DNA from: a virus
Virus record (IMG/VR): IMGVR_UViG_3300042673_001035
Span: 52,681 to 116,680 of that record
Direction: 5' to 3' (one strand)
Length of the DNA: 64,000 nt
Part shown: piece after piece, positions 1-9,349 of the stretch
Numbering within the stretch: position 1 is the stretch's first letter
Layout of the letters: the number at the start of each line of letters is the position of its first letter
Translations under genes and position numbers: made by a program
Notes under the pieces: generated by a model
What the model saw: only the letters and a program-made list of their open reading frames with translations
Told to the model about the DNA's origin: nothing
The model's database searches: none

Positions 1-118
1 TTTAAGGTTTGCAAGTGGTGTACCAATAGGCAGGTATATAGGTTTAATATCGTTTGATGCAGATATCTTCCAATTCTTGCCATCGGTTGTATATCTTTCC
101 GAATTTTGATTGATTAAC

Positions 119-418
119 TTAATACTCATTACTTATTTCTTTATATGCCTTTCTATATAACTTTAATTCATCCTTAATAGTAGTTTTACGATTTACTCTT
201 ATATCGTATATCGTTCTTTGTAGTTCTTTATACAATCCCATATAGATTGCATCTGTTATTATATAGTTAATAGTTAATTTTCTTTCATATTCTTTATACT
301 CTTTCTTTTCAAATTCATCTCTTACTTCCTCTAATGGTTGCAAAGAAAAGATTTTTGCAACTCCAATAGATGTGCCAAACTCTTGTGCAGCTTTGTCAAA
401 GACTTCTTCTTTTAACAT
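119..418 (-). CDS. hypothetical phage protein
   Basis: 99-aa ORF, co-oriented with neighbours, typical composition. Confidence 0.6.
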   Translation of the reverse strand: MLKEEVFDKAAQEFGTSIGVAKIFSLQPLEEVRDEFEKKEYKEYERKLTINYIITDAIYMGLYKELQRTIYDIRVNRKTTIKDELKLYRKAYKEISNEY

Positions 419-855
419 ATAGAATAGATTTAATAAGGTTTCTTTTTGGTTGGAATTGGTATAACTAATTTTTTTTGCATGATAGTAGACATGTGTGGAG
501 TAAGATTGATGCCTACACCTCCGTCATTACCCCATCCCTGATTACCACAACGAGTTATAAAATCCTCATCACTCTCTCCTTCTAATCTTTCACACCTACC
601 CTCTAACACTTTAACCAATACCTCTTTTAACTTAATCATTTCTGAATGTTTATTGTACACATAAATATCTTAGATAAAAGAAATTCAGTTAAAGGGTATA
701 TGTGTGTATCATACATCATGTCAAAAAAGAGCTATAGGTAAAAAATTGGACCCCGGTATTCGCACGTATCCGACCCGGTTTTACAACTCGCGCTTTTTTT
801 GAGCGACATGAAACTGTTACTCGTTTCTCTCCAACCCCGCCACAAAAAAATGAGC

Positions 856-913
856 ACAAAGAGACCGACAGCATTTACGCTATCGGTTCATCCTATGATT
901 AGGAGCTCTTTGT
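856..913 (-). terminator. three-way-junction hairpin followed by U-tract (terminator-like or small structured RNA)
   Basis: Minus strand: ACAAAGAG/CTCTTTGT closes hairpins TCCTA-ATCA-TAGGA and ACCGATAGCG-TAAA-TGCTGTCGGT; T7 tract follows. Confidence 0.5.
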
Positions 914-954
914 AATTAAAATAAAAATATGAAAACCAATGAAAACTTTTCTCT

Positions 955-1167
955 TTAAAATTGTCTACTTACCCACTTAGGATAATTACTATATTGTTGC
1001 ATGAGTTCAGTTGCTCGATAATCTTTCACTTCTACTCTACAACCTATATTCATCTCTTTGCACCAATGTTGAAAGTTCTCATCTGCTAATACCTTCTCTC
1101 TTTCTTTCTCTATACTATGTAATCTATCTATGTCTATACTATTGATTGTCTCTACTATTGTATTCAT
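955..1167 (-). CDS. hypothetical protein
   Basis: 70-aa ORF in the minus-strand gene run. Confidence 0.55.
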   Translation of the reverse strand: MNTIVETINSIDIDRLHSIEKEREKVLADENFQHWCKEMNIGCRVEVKDYRATELMQQYSNYPKWVSRQF

Positions 1168-1218
1168 ACTACTATGTTTTATAACTTAACTGAATTTATT
1201 TTTATTAAGATTGTCCGA

Positions 1219-1449
1219 TTAAGCTTTTGCTTTGGGTGGACTCTGCGTGAATAACTCTTTAAGGTATTCTTCCTCATCCTCCATTTGTTCAGCGGTCATC
1301 TCATTGTATCTATCTAACAATGCAATTGCGGACCTGATTTCACTTAACTGCTCACTAGCAGCCCACTTCGGTTTGCCGTCTTGCAGACCTTTAATCTTCT
1401 TCATCAATACTATCTCGTCTTGTTTTAACTTCTTAATTGCGTAGTCCAT
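1219..1449 (-). CDS. hypothetical protein (helical/coiled coil)
   Basis: 76-aa ORF overlapping the stop of the upstream gene. Confidence 0.6.
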   Translation of the reverse strand: MDYAIKKLKQDEIVLMKKIKGLQDGKPKWAASEQLSEIRSAIALLDRYNEMTAEQMEDEEEYLKELFTQSPPKAKA

Positions 1450-1918
1450 CTTTATACTTTTTATTTATCTTATCTTTAATTTGTTTCCACACTATCGGTG
1501 TATACTTATCTTCGTTTCTTCTTGCTTGTCTCTCATACGGGTTTCTACTATATGAACCGGGGTACTTATAGTATTTCGTTCTTATTGGTTGTAGTTGGTG
1601 TGTCCATTCGTGTATACACGTATTGATTAACTCTCTCACATCACTACATTGGTCCCAGTATATCCATACCTCATTGTCGTCCGCGTCATATGCACCACAA
1701 TCGGTGTCATATCCTTTCACTACGGACCAGATAGGGTCAAACTTCTTTCGTTTGTTTACTCCCATATTCGTGCGACACCATCTCAGGACCATATTTGCAA
1801 TTCGCACTGCAGGTTCTCTACCTAATTTTGTTATAGGCGTTTTTAAATATATCATATTCGTTTTAATATGGTTATAAAAAAAGTGGTACTCTCGGGGTAC
1901 CACTTTGTTAACTATCAA
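1433..1918 (-). CDS. HEXXH zinc metallopeptidase-like protein
   Basis: CIHEWTHQLQ...NPYERQAR motif; the real start may be the internal MIYLK. Confidence 0.65.
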   Translation of the reverse strand: MIVNKVVPREYHFFYNHIKTNMIYLKTPITKLGREPAVRIANMVLRWCRTNMGVNKRKKFDPIWSVVKGYDTDCGAYDADDNEVWIYWDQCSDVRELINTCIHEWTHQLQPIRTKYYKYPGSYSRNPYERQARRNEDKYTPIVWKQIKDKINKKYKDGLRN

Positions 1919-1985
1919 AGTTTTTCTTGTAAAGTAAATCGGAGAATAACCTATTTGTAAAGTAACCGAGATAACTTTGATATAG

Positions 1986-2084
1986 AGCGGTGAGCTAGAT
2001 TTGAACTAACCCCTTTAGTCTGGATGACTATCGTGCAACCCATGGGCTTTTACGTCCGTGAGGTAACCATTACACTTTCACCGC
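1986..2084 (-). tRNA. tRNA-Gly(TCC)-like RNA with ~27-nt hairpin insertion in the D-loop
   Basis: Acceptor GCGGTGA/TCACCGC-T; T-arm GTTAG-TTCAAAT-CTAGC; anticodon arm around TCC (loop CA-TCC-AG); extra ACCTCACGGACGTAAAAGCCCATGGGT in the D-loop. Confidence 0.65.
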
Positions 2085-2116
2085 TTCATTGGTACGAACT
2101 AATAGTCCGTACTAAA

Positions 2117-2440
2117 TTATTTTACTTCAACAACTTCAGCTGAAGGTGTTTGTAAAGTATCAACTGTTTGTGTTGTAGTTGTATCTACTACTGCTGTTGT
2201 TGAATCAGTTGTTGCTTCAGTTGAAGCAGAACCACAACTAGCCAAACCTAATACTAATACTAAAGACATCGCACCTACTTTTGCTTTATTCAAAATAGAT
2301 GATAATCTTTTTGCGTTGTAAAGAGCTTTAGTTGTATAAAAATCTCTCTTTTGTTCACTCAAAGTCGTACTCGCTTCGTTTAAGTTGTTTACTAATTCAG
2401 TTACTTGATAGTTCACTTTTGTTGCAATTTTCTTTGCCAT
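2117..2440 (-). CDS. putative lipoprotein with Thr-rich tail
   Basis: Hydrophobic stretch plus lipobox LASC at residue ~69; DST/DTT/DTL motifs after the Cys. Confidence 0.6.
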   Translation of the reverse strand: MAKKIATKVNYQVTELVNNLNEASTTLSEQKRDFYTTKALYNAKRLSSILNKAKVGAMSLVLVLGLASCGSASTEATTDSTTAVVDTTTTQTVDTLQTPSAEVVEVK

Positions 2441-2550
2441 GTTATTTTTTTGCTTCCCATTAAGTTATTAATTGTTCAAACTCCATTGAGGCGGGTCGCT
2501 TTTACCTCAGCTTCGTTTGTATCTTTATTGTGTTAATGTCTTTGTTATAT

Positions 2551-2583
2551 GTAATATACGACAAATATTTGACATTACCAAAT
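2551..2583 (-). promoter_or_regulatory. Bacteroidota sigma-A-type phage promoter (TTTGG-N~17-CGTATATTAC)
   Basis: One of ~15 similar copies; resembles the Bacteroidota -33 TTTG / -7 TAnnTTTG consensus. Confidence 0.8.
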
Positions 2584-2844
2584 TTATTTTGCCCATTGGA
2601 ATTGGATATTATCCACTCGGTCTAATTTCTTTTGCATTTTCATATACAATTCTGCAACTTCAAGGTTTCCTTTGTCGGATAATGTACCTGTGAAAAATTC
2701 TTGTAATACGATATTTAATGCTTTTTCTTTTGCTTCATATTCATATTGCATTGCTTCATCAAACATATCACTTATTAATTCTTGAATACGTGTTTGACTC
2801 AATTTGGAATAGTTTACTTTTTGTTTCTTTACTTTCTTACTCAT
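2584..2844 (-). CDS. hypothetical protein
   Basis: 86-aa ORF. Confidence 0.6.
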   Translation of the reverse strand: MSKKVKKQKVNYSKLSQTRIQELISDMFDEAMQYEYEAKEKALNIVLQEFFTGTLSDKGNLEVAELYMKMQKKLDRVDNIQFQWAK

Positions 2845-2871
2845 TTTGTTTTATTTTGTTTTGTTTATAAT

Positions 2872-3255
2872 TTATTTTCTTTTAGCTACTACATTATTGA
2901 TTGCAGTTCTTGATTTCGTACGTTTATCTGAAAATTGATAAGCTAATTCATTACTTTCTTTTGATTTTCTCCAAGGTTTCTTACTAAGTCTATTGGTATT
3001 TAGGTATATACACAATGAACCGATACCAGGTACATATTGCCTACCTGAATTGATTAAATAATTTTGTACCAATTGAAGTGTTGAATTTGAAAATTCCCTA
3101 TCTTCTCTTAAAGCAGAGTTATCATATATATTTGCAGTCTGCATGCAAAGATGATAGAAGTCTGTGTATTGTTTAGTATATTTATCTGTCCATGTATTTG
3201 GTGGCATTGTTTCACCAATAATTTGTTTTACTTTTGTTGTTTTCACTTTACTCAT
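2872..3255 (-). CDS. hypothetical protein
   Basis: 127-aa ORF. Confidence 0.6.
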   Translation of the reverse strand: MSKVKTTKVKQIIGETMPPNTWTDKYTKQYTDFYHLCMQTANIYDNSALREDREFSNSTLQLVQNYLINSGRQYVPGIGSLCIYLNTNRLSKKPWRKSKESNELAYQFSDKRTKSRTAINNVVAKRK

Positions 3256-3278
3256 TTTGTTTCTTTTTTATTTATTAA

Positions 3279-3677
3279 TTATTTATCGGTGTCCTCACCA
3301 TTTGCGGTTGTTGATTCTACATTGATACTACCACCATTGTAGTATGTACTATAAGCGGTGTCCAATGACAATTTGTTTGAAACCAATGCACCCTCTAATG
3401 CATTAGTTGCAATCAATTCCTTTTTATCTTTCTTACTCAATACATTTTTTATCAATGAGGTTTCTAACTTATCCATTTTAGTTTCTACTTCAATCTCACC
3501 TACATACTTACGAACACTTTCTTCGTCAACAAAGATACGAGGTTTGTCCATCTTGGGACCTGATAACTCAATCACTTCGTAGATATGTTTACCATCACCG
3601 AAATTGAATTTCTTATTCTTCACTACAGCTTTATAACCTCTCTTACCTAGCTTAATTTCTTTTACTTTCTTATTCAT
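3279..3677 (-). CDS. hypothetical protein (similar to 4704-4970)
   Basis: Shares EV-x-x-x-x-GPK...F motif with 4704-4970. Confidence 0.6.
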   Translation of the reverse strand: MNKKVKEIKLGKRGYKAVVKNKKFNFGDGKHIYEVIELSGPKMDKPRIFVDEESVRKYVGEIEVETKMDKLETSLIKNVLSKKDKKELIATNALEGALVSNKLSLDTAYSTYYNGGSINVESTTANGEDTDK

Positions 3678-3741
3678 ATATTATCTTTTAATGTTTTTAA
3701 TTACTTCGTTCATTGGGTACCAGGGTATTGACCTTTGCATA

Positions 3742-4059
3742 TTAATGTGTTGAATTTAATTCATAATGAAACTTTTGTAATTGTTTCGTTTCATATTCGT
3801 GAGCGGATTTCTTTCCTCTAATTACTTTGAGGATAAACAAATCATAAACTGACTCACTATGTTCTCTCATATCGTTGTATAAGGACCAGTTTTTGTTTTC
3901 TTTTCTCGCTCGACTAAAGTGTTTTTGTAATCTTAATTTCGCAGAGTAGTGGAAACGTCTACCTATTGCGGCAGTAATACCAATATAACTCTTACCATTT
4001 TCAGTATTGACTATCTCATATACTACATGGTTTCTATCGTTTCGTTTCTTTCGTACCAT
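3742..4059 (-). CDS. GIY-YIG family endonuclease
   Basis: VVYEIVNTENGKSYIGIT, RLQKH, conserved E and C-terminal N. Confidence 0.75.
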   Translation of the reverse strand: MVRKKRNDRNHVVYEIVNTENGKSYIGITAAIGRRFHYSAKLRLQKHFSRARKENKNWSLYNDMREHSESVYDLFILKVIRGKKSAHEYETKQLQKFHYELNSTH

Positions 4060-4309
4060 TTCTTAATCTCTTTATCTATTGAAAAATTTGTTTCTTCTTT
4101 GTTCGTATATTGCACAATTAGTTTTTGTGGTTTCTTACGACAAAGATAAGTTTGTTTTTTCGATTTTAGTTTTTTAATTTTCCCTAATACAAATGCAAAC
4201 CAAACTTTATCCGATTGGTGAACTTCAGGTAATACCTTCTCCCACACTTTTAATTGGTGGTTGATAAGGTGTAATGTTAAATGCTTACTCATATTCTATT
4301 TTATTTATT

Positions 4310-4702
4310 TTATTTTACTATTGTACCATACCCACCTGAATTTGTGTTAGTTCTAAACCAACTCCAATCTTCATCACTATAAAACCTATCCCAATTCTCA
4401 CCTTTCTCCAATCCCTTACGACCATTGTATTTGATTACTTTGATATCTTTTAAATTCTTTCTAATCGTTGAATAGTATCCGTTTACTTTCACTTCATGCA
4501 ATCTACCATCTTCTTTTAACATTAAACTAATGATTGTAGTCCATGCTGGTTTATTCATTAACTCCATTGCATTGTATAAATGTTTATATACTTTTGCAAT
4601 CATTCTTTTGTTAATACTATCATATCCTACTTTTGACTCCCATATTTCGTTTGGTGTATCAATTGGACTTTGTAAATGTGTTGGTGTTATATTCTTATTC
4701 AT
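4310..4702 (-). CDS. hypothetical protein
   Basis: 130-aa ORF. Confidence 0.6.
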   Translation of the reverse strand: MNKNITPTHLQSPIDTPNEIWESKVGYDSINKRMIAKVYKHLYNAMELMNKPAWTTIISLMLKEDGRLHEVKVNGYYSTIRKNLKDIKVIKYNGRKGLEKGENWDRFYSDEDWSWFRTNTNSGGYGTIVK

Positions 4703-4703
4703 A

Positions 4704-4970
4704 TTATTGTATTATTTTAATTGGTAATTTAATATTTTCTATTCTTTTGATTTCAGTAAACACATCAACGATATTCATTTTTGTATCGGTATGTTTTTTA
4801 ACGAACTCACTCGCGTCCTTTCTATTACTGAAAAACTTTTTGATACCTTTAGGACCTGTTACTTTATATACTTCAAATTCAGCAGGTTTAAAGTTCTCAC
4901 TTTTCATTCTCAATACTCTTTTGACTTTCTTTATAGAGTAGTTACTCTTTACATTTTCTTTACTTTTCAT
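4704..4970 (-). CDS. hypothetical protein (similar to 3279-3677)
   Basis: FEVYKVTGPKGIKKFF vs IYEVIELSGPKMDKPRIF. Confidence 0.55.
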   Translation of the reverse strand: MKSKENVKSNYSIKKVKRVLRMKSENFKPAEFEVYKVTGPKGIKKFFSNRKDASEFVKKHTDTKMNIVDVFTEIKRIENIKLPIKIIQ

Positions 4971-5009
4971 ACTTTACTTTTTTAATGATTAAACAAAAAT
5001 AGTGTTAGA

Positions 5010-5384
5010 TTAACCTAACACTATATCAATAGCTCGTTTTGACAAACCTAAAGTTTGTTTCAACTCTTTACGACATTGACTAACAAACTTCTTTTCTACT
5101 TTACCCAATTTGATAGGATAAGATGAAATAATTTGTGAAATAGTCAAAGACTCTTTTTTCAACTCAGCGAAAAACTTCATCTGTTTTTTCACTTCGGTAT
5201 TATTTTTACACACTACCTTATGTGTACGACCCATAAAGTCTTTAAACTCAACAATACTATTCGGTTTTGTAGGTATGTTAAACTTACTAGCCGAAAAATT
5301 ACGATATTGAGGTTTTTCGTTACGAGACGTATTATACGCGACTTCCGTATAAAAGTTAAATTCATTTGTCATTCTATTATTCAT
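5010..5384 (-). CDS. hypothetical protein, first gene after the duplicated promoter module
   Basis: 124-aa ORF downstream of promoter 5431-5460. Confidence 0.6.
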   Translation of the reverse strand: MNNRMTNEFNFYTEVAYNTSRNEKPQYRNFSASKFNIPTKPNSIVEFKDFMGRTHKVVCKNNTEVKKQMKFFAELKKESLTISQIISSYPIKLGKVEKKFVSQCRKELKQTLGLSKRAIDIVLG

Positions 5385-5400
5385 ATTACAATTTTTTATA

Positions 5401-5525
5401 TGTGATAGGTCATTCTCTCAACCCAATACATAAAGATACGACTATTTAAGGTCCTGGCAATGGACTTTTGAAACTATTTTGAAAAGTTTTTATGGGCAAT
5501 CAACCAGTTGCACATATATTTTTTT
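5401..5525 (-). repeat. ~125-bp promoter/5'UTR module, direct repeat of 28295-28419
   Basis: Shared blocks tcaacccaata, aaagatacgac, ctggcaat, tgaaactattttgaaaagtttttatgggcaatcaac. Confidence 0.85.
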
Positions 5526-5533
5526 ACTATGTG

Positions 5534-5740
5534 TAAGTCATTAAGAATCAATCTGTTATAACTCATTGAAAATCAACCAGTTACGGGCCGGGATTTAACA
5601 TAATATCAGTTATATGTCTTTTTGAGCATAACTCATTGATACTGAATAAGTTACTCATTTAACATAATATCTTATATAAGAACACTCTAATGCGTTGAAA
5701 ATCAGTCAGTTATACCAACATATTGATTATCAACGAGTTG
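5534..5740. repeat. cluster of five 25-bp palindromes, consensus TAACTCATTGATTATCAATGAGTTA
   Basis: Copies at 5534-5558, 5559-5583, 5629-5653, 5688-5712, 5716-5740. Confidence 0.85.
5593..5620 (-). other. dif-like XerC/XerD recombination site
   Basis: Minus strand AAGACATATAA-CTGATA-TTATGTTAAAT: exact canonical XerD arm with 6-bp spacer; a second XerD arm at 5657-5667. Confidence 0.65.
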
Positions 5741-7005
5741 CACAGGTCAACCTTTAACTTTACTTTTCCGGGATTCGGTAAAGGGATTACTTTACTTTTT
5801 TAAATATATTTGACTAATATCAGCAGGACCCGTGCAACCCTTGCCCACATTGAGTTTCAGAGGACGACTAAAATAAATTCACTTTACTAAACCCGTGCAA
5901 TCCACTGCCAGTAAGGGTTTGACAGAATATTTTTCTACCAGGTCCGTGCTACAACAGAATATTTTTCGGTGTATTATTTCGTATGGAGAAAAAATCCGTT
6001 TCAATGTGTGAATGTGCAGGATATATTGACTTTGTTTGATATACTTTTATTGATATGTTCGTTTATGTAGTGTGTAAGTATGTAAGTATTTTATTTTGAT
6101 ACATAAAAACTTTTGACACTCTTTAACACAATTTACCACTTTCACCCACAAATTAACACTGAATTATTTATTTTGATATACCATTGATTGATATACTAAC
6201 TAAATAAATGTTTGTATTGTTTAAATATCTTTGAGGCTTTCTTTTTTCGTTTCACACCTACTATCTTTTTATCTTTAATTTGTACTATCTTGCCTGCTCG
6301 TATAGTTTCATTCTCTTTTAATAATATCATATCTTATTTACTTTCTCATTGTTATACTTCTAAAGTTACTTGCATCCTTTGTAAGTTCTCTTAACTCCTT
6401 CACTTCATATAGTACACATACCATACCTATTATCGCAATACACATTAATATAAACGATATTCCCTCTAATATATCTTTTGTTTTTAGTTCGTTACTCATA
6501 CTATTTTGTTTTTGTTTTAATTCTACTCCAACTCTCAATGATTAGTTCCCCTATAATCAATAATGCAAAGTAATCCTTTACAACAGGTACCTTATTCCAA
6601 TCCTTTAATATAACTTGCCAAAAGATACTTACAATCAATATCAATTCAATTAGAACTATCCACTTATTAATTCCTTTCATATTATCTTATTGTTGCTCTA
6701 TGTCTCTAAATCGTTTCAGTAATTGATTCTCTCGCTTATTGTAGTATTCCTCTAATCTTTCCTCTAATTCCTTTATTCTTTTCTTATCCTTTATATAGTT
6801 CTTATGTTGGTTATACATTACTATTACACTTACTATCATTACTACTATTATTCCTATCATATTGTTTTATTTATTTCTTTTATTCTTTATATACACTCTT
6901 AACCATATCAGGTATACTATCATTATACTGACTACATATAGTATTGTTTGTCTTATATACATTATTCTTAGCTGAATTTATTTTATCTCATTTTTCAAAT
7001 TTGAA

Positions 7006-7227
7006 TTAGTTTATTATACACTTACTACCTTCCCAAATAATTGTATCACTTTCACACGTTATGTGCCACTTATACCCTACTCCTTCAATCCAATCTTTTG
7101 TAGTCCTTAACTTTACATTGACTTCTACTTCACTTGCGAGATACTCTACTTCATTAATCAGGACTCGCCAATGTAGTGTGTCAGTTTCTAAAGCTTTTGT
7201 ATTATATCTTATATTTACTTTATTCAC
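7006..7227 (-). CDS. hypothetical protein
   Basis: 73-aa ORF. Confidence 0.55.
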   Translation of the reverse strand: MNKVNIRYNTKALETDTLHWRVLINEVEYLASEVEVNVKLRTTKDWIEGVGYKWHITCESDTIIWEGSKCIIN

Positions 7228-7497
7228 TATCTTTATTTATTGTTTCATTTGTCGCAAATAGAATAAATAAACAACCTAATCCTACTTCACCCATTAACAT
7301 ATACATTCCACCCAAAAAGAATGCAGTCGGTGCGCATACTACATTCCAAATCCTTTTAATCTTTTCCATTTTACTATTGTTTTATTTGTTATTACTATCT
7401 TATTACTGTTTTTGACTTTGCATGACTATCAAAAAAATTTCCTTAAACGACTCACCCCCAACCCCCGCCCCTTCGGTTCGTGGATCGTGGTTTCGTA

Positions 7498-7803
7498 TTA
7501 ACCTAATGCAACTAATCTTAATTTATCAATGAATATATCCATATTACGAATATCTAATAGGGTTATATAAAGTACATGTCCTGTACTACTTTGTAATTTG
7601 TATGTATTGGTATTCCATTCATTCCTATTCAATGTAACTGTTATTGCGTATTTCATGTTAGATAATTCAAATTTGTATTGATATTCACTTTTACTATATG
7701 TAATATTATCAATACTAAATTGTTCCTCAATTCTTGCAACATAAAAGTTTTTCTTACCCAATCCTTTATTGTTTAGTTTATTTAAGTTCTTAATCGTTAA
7801 CAT
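7498..7803 (-). CDS. 'MLTIKN' paralogue family member
   Basis: MLTIKNLNKL...YKFEL...VTLNR...YKL...DIRN pattern. Confidence 0.7.
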   Translation of the reverse strand: MLTIKNLNKLNNKGLGKKNFYVARIEEQFSIDNITYSKSEYQYKFELSNMKYAITVTLNRNEWNTNTYKLQSSTGHVLYITLLDIRNMDIFIDKLRLVALG

Positions 7804-8003
7804 ATACTATCCTTTTATTTCAAATTCTTTATTGTAGATATTGTTTTCTTTTATCCATTCTATCGCATAGTTTATACCTATTCCCTTTTGATACATTCCT
7901 GCATCTTCTATCTTACTACCCTTATCCATCAATTCATCTGCCAATCCTTGTAATTGATTTAATTCCTTTCTTTCAATTGTTATAAATTGTTTAAAGTCTC
8001 CTA

Positions 8004-8528
8004 TTAATTGATTTGTCTTGTCCATAATCCGTTTATTAATTTATAATGTTTAATTCTATCTATTCCGATTGAGTAAGGTATTGTTATAAATGTTCGCTCA
8101 CTTTCAATACTCCATTCTTTTTTTAAACTATTAGCAGTATATTGATTGTTGATATATTCTTTTATTAGTTTATAATCATACCAAAGTAATTCATCTAAGT
8201 TATTATTGAGAAATTGTATATAGTCTACATACCAACCTTTATACTTGTTTGTCCATACTGAATTATCAGTAGCTGTATATGTGTCCGAATTATTCCAATA
8301 CTTTTGTTTTCTTACGGGTATTCTAAAATGATTATATTGTTTAATCCTATCCATTCCGTAACTAATCATCTCAACATCACATCCTCTTTTAAATTTGTTC
8401 ACCTCTAAGTCTAAATCCCATTTGCCACCTATTTGAATGTCGTACCAATTATTTTCCTCTAAAAATTGTTTTGCAACTTCCCTATCTTTTGTATCGTCGT
8501 GAGAAAGTGCATCCTTTCTATTTACCAT
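8004..8528 (-). CDS. hypothetical protein, possible PD-(D/E)XK nuclease fold
   Basis: Helical E, WDLDL...CDVEM motif spacing; weak. Confidence 0.4.
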   Translation of the reverse strand: MVNRKDALSHDDTKDREVAKQFLEENNWYDIQIGGKWDLDLEVNKFKRGCDVEMISYGMDRIKQYNHFRIPVRKQKYWNNSDTYTATDNSVWTNKYKGWYVDYIQFLNNNLDELLWYDYKLIKEYINNQYTANSLKKEWSIESERTFITIPYSIGIDRIKHYKLINGLWTRQIN

Positions 8529-8534
8529 TTCGTT

Positions 8535-9077
8535 TTATATTAATTTTCTTTTTGCTTTGTTTCTATTCCTCAATCTATTTGTGTTATCCAATAGGTGTTC
8601 ATACCTTGTATTCATTATACCTATGTAATCCTTTATTCTTTGTATGTCCTCTTTTGTATTATATATCCTTTCGTATGTAACTTGTAAGTCAATTTCTTTT
8701 ATTCCATTAATTAGTTCGTTACGATTATAAATCACATTTTCAAATTGTTTTATATATATTTCGTTTTCTATTATCCATTCATCACTTACTTCATATCCAT
8801 TACGCCATTCCTTTCGTTGTGATGCTCTGGTTTGAGATATTGCACATTCCCTTGCATCCGTTCTAGTCAATCCAATTATCTTGTCCCAATTACTGAAATC
8901 AATATCTTTTATATTTTCTATTTCATTTATCAAATATTTCACTACGATATTATCACCTTCAATAGATTCATTTGTTCGTATTGGTTCGTGTATCATTTTA
9001 TATCCCAACTCCAATGCTAACCATTCATTCAATTGATACCCACCACTTCTCGCCAATGCTATAATTAATATTCTCAT
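8535..9077 (-). CDS. sulfotransferase-like P-loop protein
   Basis: ILIIALARSGG, HEP and VTYE motifs. Confidence 0.65.
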   Translation of the reverse strand: MRILIIALARSGGYQLNEWLALELGYKMIHEPIRTNESIEGDNIVVKYLINEIENIKDIDFSNWDKIIGLTRTDARECAISQTRASQRKEWRNGYEVSDEWIIENEIYIKQFENVIYNRNELINGIKEIDLQVTYERIYNTKEDIQRIKDYIGIMNTRYEHLLDNTNRLRNRNKAKRKLI

Positions 9078-9349
9078 ACTATTATTTTATTTGTCCATTT
9101 CGTTTTCAAAAGCTTTCATCGCTCTTTTTACATTATCCATTTCGGGTATATCTAACTTTTCACCCAATGAAACGAATCCTATTGTTAATATTGCAAATAC
9201 AATACCAATACTAAATTCAACCGCTCGTTCACTATACAATGTGTCATTTTTTGCAGTCACTCCGTTATGTGTGGTTATTTGCAACCCTAATAGTGTTTCT
9301 CTTTTACTTAAAAAGCTAAATCCTAATTCTATTTTCATATTATATTGTT

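Noticed and set aside
5534-5740. Palindrome cluster as a CRISPR array
   Set aside because: Spacing is irregular (0-45 bp), the repeats are degenerate, copies are dispersed at promoters, and no cas genes are present
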